Shown here piece by piece: positions 8,548-17,943 of a DNA stretch of 64,000 bases. This DNA comes from Barthelona sp. PCE (lineage: Eukaryota): NCBI GenBank assembly GCA_040285745.1, contig JAUFOR010000008.1:248001-312000 (forward strand), written 5' to 3'. The notes under the pieces were generated by a model. The model searched no databases, had not been told where the DNA came from, and was given only the letters and a program-made list of their open reading frames with translations. The translations under genes were made by a program, and so were the position numbers. How positions within the stretch are numbered: position 1 is the stretch's first letter; each line of letters opens with the position of its first letter.

Positions 8548-11061
8548 ATGGGCAGAGAGAGGAGCAAGGCCGAACTTAGCTCCATCTTTTCATCCGTATC
8601 ATTGCGCGAGTATTTTAAGCGGTTTTTTGGAGGGGTGAATGTTGTTTTTGCAATATTAGCAATTCTTATCACTGCAACCAGCATATTCTTTCTGAACGCG
8701 TCATACTCATTGGGTGGAGATATTCGAATGAGACCTTTTGAACATTTTCTGTATTATCGAAATATTTCAAAGCAACCAAAGCGCACATTCATATATGCAT
8801 TCGACCAGGACTACAACAAAATCGACGCGCTACGGTTTCTTTCTTCATGTGCGGGAGCATGTGGTCGTTTTATGGGTTTTTTACAGGCAAACCAGCAGGA
8901 GACAGTTCTTTTCTTCGATCGCACAGTATTTCGCATTGAATCCAGCGAACACTGCCTGCAGCGAACACTGGAGTTATGTGATCCAACAATAATGAGGGTA
9001 TATAACATTGATTCGGACAGATATGCTCAGGTCAAACCACCTGAAAAGGTTGACGAGGGCTTTGTTCTTCAGGCTCACTCTACATCTGTGCGCGATGCAT
9101 ACCCACGTAATATGCACAAGGCAACTGGAGCTTCTGTTTTGGGAGAGTTACGAAAGACTAGAGTTTTAGTTGTCGATAGCGGTCTGTCGAGAAGGGCAGC
9201 TCGCTCCTTCCACAACCTGGGCGGCGTCACGGACATGACGTCGGATAACGGTAGTCCAGAGGACAAGTTGAACCATGGAACGCTTGTAGCCTCCATCATT
9301 GGTGGAGGCTTCTCGAAATGCCAAGGTGTCAACCCAAACGCTGCTATTTCAATGTACAAGGTGGTTAACTCTGCTGGAAAGGCATCCTCCATGGCTTTAT
9401 TAAAAGCGCTCGAGACAGCCAAGAGCACTAATGTGAGTATCATCAACCTCTCACTAGGCGGACGTGAGTTTAGCCATAAACGTATTCACATGGCTGCACT
9501 GGAGCTTGCTCGTGCTGGAAAGGTTGTTGTTGCTGCAACTGGAAACAGTGGCCCTAATTGGGGAACTATACTTTTTCCAGGTGATTTGATGGAGCCCTTG
9601 AGCGTTTCTGCTGCATCTGAAACAGGCCTGGCACCATTCAGCGCCCGCGGAGGATCAACATTGGTCTACAAATACGGTGTCGACGTTGCACCTCTGCCCG
9701 TCATTGATTGCATCGTCGATGGCGTTAATGTCTGGGGTTCGAGCCTCGCAGGCGGATGCACGTCCATGAGCGGCACCTCAGCAGCCGCCGCGGTCATGTC
9801 AGGGTATCTGAGCACGCTCCAAGAAGAACTTTTGCACCCAGCTATTGTCCACCAGATTGTTCACGCAGCTGCTGTTCCTCAAAAGGGGCTCAGTGTGTAC
9901 GAGCAAGGGGCGGGAGTAGTTACCCTCTCCACTCTGCACGAAGCTGCAGCGAAATTTGAGAGGGGTGTGACAATGTTCCCACACCATTTGAACCTGACTT
10001 CCGAATACTGGTACCCTCATTCGATCCAGCCACTCTTCTACAGCGAAAACAGCGCTATGATGCTTAACGTCACCCTGATATGTTCGCATGAAACGGATAG
10101 CATGAAGGTAACCAATGTTGTTGTGCATTCCGATGTGTTGAATGTGACAGCTCTTCGTGCTCCACCATCCAGCACCGGATTTCTCCCGCTGGGACTGCAC
10201 GTGACTGTCATTCGTCCGATGTCAGATGTTGAAACGGCGGAGGCTATTCTCCACATAGAAACAACATGTGGTGTGATTACCAAGACAATGCATGTTGCAG
10301 TGATTCCCACACCCCCAGCAGGAAAGAGAGTTCTGTGGGACGTTTACCATCAGAGTGCAAGGGCTTCAGCTTCGGCACCTTTTGATAAGCTCAATACAGG
10401 CATTTCTCTTTTTGAAAGTTTAAGGCGTTCAGGAGTGTTTGTTGACTTTGCAACCCGCCCTCTGTACGAGTACAACTTGAACGAATACGCTGCACTGCTA
10501 TGTATAGGCACTGAGTATGAACTTGAAGAGCGGGAGAGATCCGCACTGAGAACTGCCACTGCGCTCGGTATGGGGCTATTTTTAACCCCATCCAGATATG
10601 CAATCGTGACTAATCTTACCGGATATCTGTCTGGCACTGGATTTTCCATTAATAGCACCGAGACAACGACGAGAATGCTCAAAAGCGAAGGGTTCGGCCG
10701 TTTTACCCTCGAAACATCATTTTTATTCGAGAGAGGTGGGCCATCAGCGCTGTGCCTGGCAGCAACAGATGGAGCATGTGTCGGTGCCATTGCGGAGTTC
10801 ACAACTAGAGGCAGCGTAGCTTTTGTTGGTGGTTCCAGATGCACAGCAGCGACTTCGAGGTCCAACTGCCGCAGCTACATAAAGACCATCCTCAAGTTCG
10901 TCATGGGCCAGATGTACAGTGTCGGTCCGATCTTGACAACTGTCGATCCAGTTAGCGAGGCGACGTATTCTCATGTTATGTACTTTGGTGTTGTCACAAC
11001 AGTTATATTCTTTGTTTCATTGCTATGTTTATTGGATTTAAAACGTCAAATAAAGAACTAA
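8548..11061 (+). CDS. MBTPS1: Subtilisin-family site-1 protease (SKI-1/S1P)-like
   Basis: Catalytic D (VVDSG), H (NHGT), S (GTSA) and oxyanion N (GNSG). S1P-type motifs YWYPHSIQPLF and PPAGKRVLWDVYH; N- and C-terminal hydrophobic segments. Start placed at the first ATG. Confidence 0.85.
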   Translation: MGRERSKAELSSIFSSVSLREYFKRFFGGVNVVFAILAILITATSIFFLNASYSLGGDIRMRPFEHFLYYRNISKQPKRTFIYAFDQDYNKIDALRFLSSCAGACGRFMGFLQANQQETVLFFDRTVFRIESSEHCLQRTLELCDPTIMRVYNIDSDRYAQVKPPEKVDEGFVLQAHSTSVRDAYPRNMHKATGASVLGELRKTRVLVVDSGLSRRAARSFHNLGGVTDMTSDNGSPEDKLNHGTLVASIIGGGFSKCQGVNPNAAISMYKVVNSAGKASSMALLKALETAKSTNVSIINLSLGGREFSHKRIHMAALELARAGKVVVAATGNSGPNWGTILFPGDLMEPLSVSAASETGLAPFSARGGSTLVYKYGVDVAPLPVIDCIVDGVNVWGSSLAGGCTSMSGTSAAAAVMSGYLSTLQEELLHPAIVHQIVHAAAVPQKGLSVYEQGAGVVTLSTLHEAAAKFERGVTMFPHHLNLTSEYWYPHSIQPLFYSENSAMMLNVTLICSHETDSMKVTNVVVHSDVLNVTALRAPPSSTGFLPLGLHVTVIRPMSDVETAEAILHIETTCGVITKTMHVAVIPTPPAGKRVLWDVYHQSARASASAPFDKLNTGISLFESLRRSGVFVDFATRPLYEYNLNEYAALLCIGTEYELEERERSALRTATALGMGLFLTPSRYAIVTNLTGYLSGTGFSINSTETTTRMLKSEGFGRFTLETSFLFERGGPSALCLAATDGACVGAIAEFTTRGSVAFVGGSRCTAATSRSNCRSYIKTILKFVMGQMYSVGPILTTVDPVSEATYSHVMYFGVVTTVIFFVSLLCLLDLKRQIKN

Positions 11062-11828
11062 TGTTTTCTGAATGGAATTAAGTCGAAAGTAAGCATAGGG
11101 GGATCAAAACCATGTTCGACAGCCCAGCAAGTACCTCTAATCAGTTTTAGATTTCTACATTCGAGGTTTAGATCAACAAAATGCTTTAAATACTGTCTTA
11201 TGTCAGTGTATGGTTGTGGTATCGTGGAAACATCAAAATCAAGTCGAAAAACATACCCTTCAATAAGCTGACCTCCCATAAACACGCCTGGGAAGTCGTA
11301 ATCGATTGCCTTGATGATTTTCACAAGGCTTCGTTGCAGTTCCATCGGTATCAATCCCACTCGACTTGTTCCTGATCGAAAAACATCATCAGGATGCATT
11401 TTTCCACTTTCTACTGTCACTTTCTTTTCATATGTTCCGTCGTTCTCATACGAATATGATGAGAAAACGTTTGACGATCTGGATGTGTGTGGTATAAAGG
11501 GTGTTGCGATTGTTGTCGTCTGCAATGAGCTCTGGCGGGTGCGTTCAGTCTGTGGAGGAGGGACGATCTCATATGCATAATCACTGAAAAGCTCAGTGTT
11601 CCCAGATGGTACAAAGGATTGGGCATTTTTGGCTGTTTCTCTTAAAGGCGTGTGATTGTTACCGTTCCATGACTCTTTGACTCGTTCAGACTCCCTATTT
11701 ATGTCCCTGCGTCGTGAAGACGATGCGGTTTGCTTTTGAAAATTTTTTAATGACTGATGCTCACTATATGATCCATTATATGAATCTTCGTAGTCGTAGT
11801 CATAATCGTATTCCACATGATCGGTCAT
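11058..11828 (-). CDS. Hypothetical 256-aa protein (low-complexity N-terminus, compact C-terminal domain)
   Basis: ORF with ATG start; its stop codon overlaps that of the convergent S1P gene. Confidence 0.7.
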   Translation of the reverse strand: MTDHVEYDYDYDYEDSYNGSYSEHQSLKNFQKQTASSSRRRDINRESERVKESWNGNNHTPLRETAKNAQSFVPSGNTELFSDYAYEIVPPPQTERTRQSSLQTTTIATPFIPHTSRSSNVFSSYSYENDGTYEKKVTVESGKMHPDDVFRSGTSRVGLIPMELQRSLVKIIKAIDYDFPGVFMGGQLIEGYVFRLDFDVSTIPQPYTDIRQYLKHFVDLNLECRNLKLIRGTCWAVEHGFDPPMLTFDLIPFRKH

Positions 11829-11947
11829 TCCCCACTTGTTTTATCTACAAATATCATAAACGAAACTGAAAAGGGAGCGAAAATGTTTAAACAGGTTTGC
11901 AATTTTATTAAGACATTCAGTTGCTAATAGTTGATATTGTTTTGTGT

Positions 11948-12826
11948 TCATAATTTAAGGTATTCTAAAAAAACATTGGAAAAATTTTTGACATGCTTAA
12001 AGCTCGGAAAATAATTGAAATCAACGAGCAAAAACTGACCATCCACTAGTATCACGTCAATTCCAAACACATCCATAGCAGATAAATTGTTTAAACGTGT
12101 ACATAAGGCTTCTAAATGGCATTTAATCTCCTCTGACAAAGAAAATGCACTAGAATCGTTTGCTGAATGGTCTTGCGTATTGTAACAGTTGAAAGGGAAC
12201 TGTTCTTTCACCTTTATATATACATTGTTGAAGAAGAAGTATATTTTGAAAAAAACACTGGTGTGATGAAAGACTTGGACTATCCAGTCCTTTAGAACAT
12301 GATTAGTGAACTCCTCCGAGGCCAATATGCGCCCCAGTTCATCGGCCGTCGAGTAACAGAACATTTGATGAGCTGGTTTTGAGCCACAAGCTATGAGCGG
12401 TTTAATAATACAACCACCGCTTCTGCTTAATAAATCAATGGCTGATTTGGTGTTTTCTATGTCAAGGGCGATTGTTTCTGGCATGTGCACATTGTTAGAT
12501 AAACACCAATTATAAAGCATCGATCGACTCACTAAAACGGAAAGAAAATCATGACCTCCCACTATACGTGCATTTTTCTGCTTAGAAACAAACTTATCGA
12601 TAGAATTAACCACCTTTAGTGCGGTTTTGTCTCCTATGCATGAAAAGAAAAGAGGTTCAGTGTATTTGTGGATAATAAGATCGTAATCAGATTCCAGTGC
12701 ATCTATATCGGTATGAGACAACAAGTTGCACACAGAAAGATCATGATTTGTGGATAAATATTCTGTAATAACACGAAAATGGTGTTTCTTAAGCTTCTTT
12801 GAGGGAAATAAAACTGCAACTTTCAT
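11948..12826 (-). CDS. ITPK1: Inositol-tetrakisphosphate 1-kinase (ATP-grasp)
   Basis: IIHK, IIKPLIACGS..HQM, FGIDVI and DFNYFPSF motifs. Confidence 0.88.
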   Translation of the reverse strand: MKVAVLFPSKKLKKHHFRVITEYLSTNHDLSVCNLLSHTDIDALESDYDLIIHKYTEPLFFSCIGDKTALKVVNSIDKFVSKQKNARIVGGHDFLSVLVSRSMLYNWCLSNNVHMPETIALDIENTKSAIDLLSRSGGCIIKPLIACGSKPAHQMFCYSTADELGRILASEEFTNHVLKDWIVQVFHHTSVFFKIYFFFNNVYIKVKEQFPFNCYNTQDHSANDSSAFSLSEEIKCHLEALCTRLNNLSAMDVFGIDVILVDGQFLLVDFNYFPSFKHVKNFSNVFLEYLKL

Positions 12827-13289
12827 AATGAAACAACCCGCGCAGATATATTGCGAACTAAGTGATAAAAAAACTTAGAATATGTGAGGGAAGTGAGATT
12901 CACAAAAGCAACTTTCATATCATCTGATTGATGTGTTATTAGTTTTGTTAAAGTTGCTCAGTGTGAAAATATATGTATTTAAGGCACCATTTCGACACTG
13001 TAGACCGCATAGCCTGTCAGATTTGTAAGATATGGAGATATGTGCCTGAATAGTATTTCAGTCTTTTTAAACTGGTTTTGTGCATCTTATCATACCACAG
13101 ATGAGCTGTATTGATGTCTATACTACTTTTAGTAAGGTTGTTGCCGGCTCAGAATCACTCTGCACATATAAGTGTATTTCCGTGGATATTTTGTTCTTAG
13201 TAGGTGTTTTGGTTTTGTTGGATCACGGTGAGAAAGTGCAGGTAATCATTAGTAGAAATTTGTTTGTTTTATTCATTTCGCCTCATTTA

Positions 13290-15347
13290 ATGGAAGAAAC
13301 CGATAGTTTTTTCGGTGAAACACCCACATTTAGACTTCAAGTCACAGATCCGTTGGACTTTTCCGTGGATGTCTCAACAGTAACTACATTGTTGCACGAA
13401 GTTTCATTTAAAGAGCGAAGAGACATATTTGGGACGCTTTTTCCAAGCATACTTGACATTACCAAATTTGGTCGCTTCTTTTTGGAGTCGAGCTCAGATA
13501 CTGAGTCACCTTTTGATTTTTCTCTTAAACAGAAGTTTTATCTTGAAATTATGGAATTATTGAATTCAACAAATAACAGGGGATACATCCAGAGCGTTTT
13601 TGCAGCGTTTGACCTTGAATCAATGAAGAAATTTGAATCATTAAGCAGAAATGGCGAGACTCTCACTGATATTCAAAAAGTTTTGAGTTTATTTTTGTAT
13701 TTTGGATTGGATTTAGTATCAGTAGGTGCAGTTTCACGTGCGTTTGTGCATGAAATCCTTTCGATAATTGGACGTTTGAAGTTGAATGTAGTTGCACAAG
13801 TTACTGCCTTCATTTCATATTTAAATTCCAGTATTTTCATTTTACTATCCCAAAACGTTAAGAATCTGGTGAAAATGGCATTCGTTGAGATGCAATCAGA
13901 AGACTTTATTTCCAGGAGTTTTGAAATGAAGGAGGTTCATATGCAGACTCTTGACAAACTCATATTTGTTCAATCACAACTTTATCAGGCAAACAGTGCG
14001 GAAAACGTAAGCGAGAACAGCTCAGGACAACGTGCATTCAAGTATCGCAACATTGATCTGAAATCAGGATTGGTGATGGAGAAACCCACTAACGGCGTCA
14101 TTCCTCATGAGATGTTTTTTTTTGACTTTCTGGAAGATATGTGCGAATCTGAGCACATATTTGGGCAATTCCTGCACTCCATGGATGATAACGACACTCC
14201 TAATGGAATGGTACTCATGCAGAGTTTCAATTTATTCCCTTCTGCATTGAAGGCAAAGATTCTGTCGCACGAAAACACAATCTTACAGCAGTCTACAGAT
14301 CGCAAGGAACTGTGCATTGATCGCAATAACTTGTTGAGGAGTGCAATCAACCAACTTGTCGTTGCAAGCAGTGCTGACGATATCAGTGGCCGTTTCCGTA
14401 TTAAATTCATGGGAGAGGCAGGCATAGACGAAGGAGGCTTGATTAGGGAGTTTTTCCAGCTAATCACTGACGAGCTTTTAGACCCCTCGTTTTTTATTTT
14501 CGAGCAGGAGGAAAACAATTTAATGTGGATCAACCCAGTGACTTTTGAGGACAATATGACGTTCCAGCTCATTGGAATTCTCATGGGTATTGCGATTTCT
14601 AACGACGTCACAGTCAATTTTCAGTTCCCAATTGTTTTTTATAAGAAACTTCTAGGAAGACCTGTGTTCACCGAAGACTTCAGGGAGATCAAACCAGTAA
14701 TGTACGACAGTATCATGAAGCTGCGGGAGTTCACTGCAGAAGAGATCGAAGCGACTTACTTGACCTTCGATGTCATACACGATTTCCCTGGTAGCGACAA
14801 AATCGAATCCCTTATCCCAGGCGGGTCAGAGATCCGGGTGACGAAGGAGAACGTTGATTTGTATATTGATAAATTAATCTCTTATTACTTGAACGATTCC
14901 ATTTCGGATAAGTTCAATGCCATTCGATTTGGTTTTGAGAAGGTCATGTGTAAGTCCAAGATGATTGGTCTATTCCATCCTGAGGAGTTAGAGAAGCTTA
15001 TATGCGGATTACCAAATTATAATGTTGAGGAACTTATTTCTTCATTCAAATACGTTGATTTTGAGAAAGATTGCGAAGCCATGGTATATTTCTTTGGACT
15101 TTTACGTAGTTTTGATATCGAAGAAATGAAACGTTTCCTTAAATTTATTACCGGTAGTGATAGAATTCCAATTGGCGGTTTTAACTCCAGACCCATCACA
15201 TTGCGACGCGTTGGCAATCAGAAGGCATTGCCCGTGGCGCACACATGTCAGTTGTTGCTTGATATTCCTGGATATCCTTCTCAAGAGATATGTGAGGCGA
15301 AGGTACGACTTGCCTTGCAACATTGCGACGGGTTTCATCTTATTTAG
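13290..15347 (+). CDS. HECT-domain E3 ubiquitin ligase
   Basis: FMGEAGIDEGGLIREFF, FLKFITGSDRIP and LPVAHTC (catalytic Cys), C-terminal GFHLI. Start set at MEETD after a T-rich leader; upstream in-frame ATG also possible. Confidence 0.93.
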   Translation: MEETDSFFGETPTFRLQVTDPLDFSVDVSTVTTLLHEVSFKERRDIFGTLFPSILDITKFGRFFLESSSDTESPFDFSLKQKFYLEIMELLNSTNNRGYIQSVFAAFDLESMKKFESLSRNGETLTDIQKVLSLFLYFGLDLVSVGAVSRAFVHEILSIIGRLKLNVVAQVTAFISYLNSSIFILLSQNVKNLVKMAFVEMQSEDFISRSFEMKEVHMQTLDKLIFVQSQLYQANSAENVSENSSGQRAFKYRNIDLKSGLVMEKPTNGVIPHEMFFFDFLEDMCESEHIFGQFLHSMDDNDTPNGMVLMQSFNLFPSALKAKILSHENTILQQSTDRKELCIDRNNLLRSAINQLVVASSADDISGRFRIKFMGEAGIDEGGLIREFFQLITDELLDPSFFIFEQEENNLMWINPVTFEDNMTFQLIGILMGIAISNDVTVNFQFPIVFYKKLLGRPVFTEDFREIKPVMYDSIMKLREFTAEEIEATYLTFDVIHDFPGSDKIESLIPGGSEIRVTKENVDLYIDKLISYYLNDSISDKFNAIRFGFEKVMCKSKMIGLFHPEELEKLICGLPNYNVEELISSFKYVDFEKDCEAMVYFFGLLRSFDIEEMKRFLKFITGSDRIPIGGFNSRPITLRRVGNQKALPVAHTCQLLLDIPGYPSQEICEAKVRLALQHCDGFHLI

Positions 15348-15355
15348 TGAATAAA

Positions 15356-16273
15356 TCAATCGAAGAATGGGTGGCGCAGAGCATCGGCAGCAGTGATCCG
15401 TGTTTCGGGATTAATGTCTAGTAACCGATACAATAAGTCAAGACCACATGGGTCTAATCGAGTGCAGAACTGAGATGGCGGTATTGGGGCATCGACAGGG
15501 AACTCTCTGATGTTATTCCACATCTTTGTTGATCTTTTTAGGTCAGGCCACGATGAAGGGGTTGGTGTACCCAATTTCTCAAAGATTCTGTTCTGCATTT
15601 TCACCTCGGTGTCACCTTTGAAGCACACCATGCCCTCTGCAAGTTCAAAAAAGGTGCAGCCCACAGCCCACAGATCAATGGCAGGAGTGTACGGCGCTAC
15701 TTGCATGAGCAGCTCTGGAGCTCGATACCAGAGCGTAACGACGCCCGTTTTAAACGACCGCTTCTCAGTGAATGACCGTGCAAGCCCAAAATCTCCCAGA
15801 ACAACGCTTGGGATTCCTGGTGAAATGAATATATTCTCAGGTTTTATGTCTCTGTGTATAATTCTGTTATTGTGCATGTGGTCCACTGCAAGTAGGATCA
15901 TTCTCATGATAGTTTTTATCTGGTTGACTTGGAGAGGATTGATGACAATTTTTGAGGTATCAATGAACTCTGCCAAGTTCATTTCGTGGTATTCAAAGAC
16001 AATCCACAGCTTCTTCGTGCCACCATCTACACTGTAAAAGCTGAAATTCTTTAGATTAACTGTGTACGGTGAGTCATTCAGAAGCTTGAGAATCCCCAGT
16101 TCCCGCAACAGAGTTGGTGGCATTCCCTCACTTTCGTCATCCCAATCCTGATTACACTCTTTTAGAGCCACAATCTCATTGGTTTCTATGTCAGTACCTT
16201 CAAAAACAACGCCGTATGCACCCTCTCCGAGCTCTCGCCCAACTTTATACGTGCGTCCCCCAATTTCAAGCAT
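15356..16273 (-). CDS. Cyclin-dependent kinase with PPTLLRE cyclin-binding helix
   Basis: GEGAYG, VALK, EGMPPTLLRE, HRDIKPEN, DFGLAR, VVTLWYRAPE; 305 aa. Confidence 0.95.
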   Translation of the reverse strand: MLEIGGRTYKVGRELGEGAYGVVFEGTDIETNEIVALKECNQDWDDESEGMPPTLLRELGILKLLNDSPYTVNLKNFSFYSVDGGTKKLWIVFEYHEMNLAEFIDTSKIVINPLQVNQIKTIMRMILLAVDHMHNNRIIHRDIKPENIFISPGIPSVVLGDFGLARSFTEKRSFKTGVVTLWYRAPELLMQVAPYTPAIDLWAVGCTFFELAEGMVCFKGDTEVKMQNRIFEKLGTPTPSSWPDLKRSTKMWNNIREFPVDAPIPPSQFCTRLDPCGLDLLYRLLDINPETRITAADALRHPFFD

Positions 16274-16332
16274 TCATTAGTTGTAGAAAAGGATATAATA
16301 ATCAAAAACGCTACTTTTTTACTCATTCATAC

Positions 16333-17673
16333 TTAGTTACGGGGAAGAAATCTTACAACAGCCTGATAGAACTTGTACAAATCGTACATGTCCCTAACAT
16401 GTCCAGTTTCGTTTGAAGAGTGCATAGAAAGGAGATATACACCATAATCAATTGTGGGCACACCGGTCAAGCCTCCCAAGAATGGACCCATTGTTGAACC
16501 TCCGGGAGAAGCGTTGCTTGCCATGTATGTGTGCATGTTATCGAGCTTATCCTCGACGGTCTCGTTGTATACGTCGACGGCATGTTTCACCAACGCTATC
16601 GTCATTGGTGTAGTTCCATTTCTCATATTAAATGATCTCTTGATGACAGGTCCGCCCTTGCCAAACGCCTGGCAATTCTTGCTATCGCTCTTTGAAGCGA
16701 AACCCGGGTGTATGGCATGGGAAACATCAGCGCTGAGCAAAAGAGAAGAACCACAGAACTGCATAGTGTTTGCACCAACACTTGTGCTCAAAACCTCAAA
16801 AAGCATTGGAACAAAACGGCTGAAGGCACCTTGCAAAGTTCTGTTGCCGATTTCTTCGTGGTCACACATTGCCATCATGTGGAAATCACGCTCAGAATTT
16901 TCTGTATCAATGAGTCCGATAATACCACCGTACGCACAGCAAAGGTCGTCCAGTCTCGGGCTCGTGATGATATCGTCGAAACGCAACACTTTGGTGGGTG
17001 CTTGAGAATAAAGATGGGCGTCGATCTCAACAACGTTCTCGGTATCAATACCTTCCTTCTTGAGAAGTTCCAAAACAAGACCGTTCAGGTACTCCTTCTT
17101 CTCGTCATCGGTGGCATCTTCCGCGGGTTTCAGGGCAGCCTCGGTCGAGACGATGGGGATGCAGTTCATGCCGTCGTATTCCGGCTTGCGCTCAAGGTGG
17201 ATGGCGAGACTTGGCAGAATGGCAGCGTCTTCGATCTTGAAGAGTTCAGGCACGACCTTACCGTCAACAACGCGGTATAAAGTACCTGCACAGCCCATTA
17301 CAGTGTCCAGAAATCTTGACCAAAGGATACCACCGTACTTGTCAACATTGAGCGTATTGTAACCGTTGGAAGCAGAGGCTTGTACTGGTTTAACGCGTAA
17401 GTTGGGTGAGTCACTGTGTGAAAATTGAGCAATAAGCCTACTGTTGGGGGAACCATTTTTAGGGGTTTTAAACGCATACAGAGATGTCTCCATGTGCTTG
17501 ACAAAGTAAAAACTGTCCATTTTGATGTCCCACTCACTGGGTGTTGAGTGATCTAACTCAATCGCTCCAGCCTCAAGGTACAGCTCACGAACGTACTGGA
17601 CAGCGTGTTGTGGGGTGACACTGCTGGTCAAGAACTTGACTATGCCTGTCTTAAACTCTGCAAAAGAAGTCAT
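16333..17673 (-). CDS. DNPEP: M18-family aspartyl aminopeptidase
   Basis: HSDSP, YGG, LAIHL, RLDD, DHEEIG, SADVSHA, GGSTMGP and MHS motifs. Confidence 0.92.
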   Translation of the reverse strand: MTSFAEFKTGIVKFLTSSVTPQHAVQYVRELYLEAGAIELDHSTPSEWDIKMDSFYFVKHMETSLYAFKTPKNGSPNSRLIAQFSHSDSPNLRVKPVQASASNGYNTLNVDKYGGILWSRFLDTVMGCAGTLYRVVDGKVVPELFKIEDAAILPSLAIHLERKPEYDGMNCIPIVSTEAALKPAEDATDDEKKEYLNGLVLELLKKEGIDTENVVEIDAHLYSQAPTKVLRFDDIITSPRLDDLCCAYGGIIGLIDTENSERDFHMMAMCDHEEIGNRTLQGAFSRFVPMLFEVLSTSVGANTMQFCGSSLLLSADVSHAIHPGFASKSDSKNCQAFGKGGPVIKRSFNMRNGTTPMTIALVKHAVDVYNETVEDKLDNMHTYMASNASPGGSTMGPFLGGLTGVPTIDYGVYLLSMHSSNETGHVRDMYDLYKFYQAVVRFLPRN

Positions 17674-17943
17674 TATGGTGAAAAGGTGAAGTTTTGTATA
17701 ACGGATGCATTGTCTTTGTATCTGGTATTAAGGAAGTATTCAAGATATTTACCCACATTATCCATCATATATATTGATTTAGAAGAACAGCAGCGATTTT
17801 TCTTTTTCTTTTCCACATATTACGACATAGTCACTTTTTTACCCTTCAACTGTCATATTCTTTACAGAAGGAGATAGGTGCATGTCTGAAAACATATATC
17901 AGCTGTTTAGCCCGTTCAAACGTTTCTCACCACATACACGACT

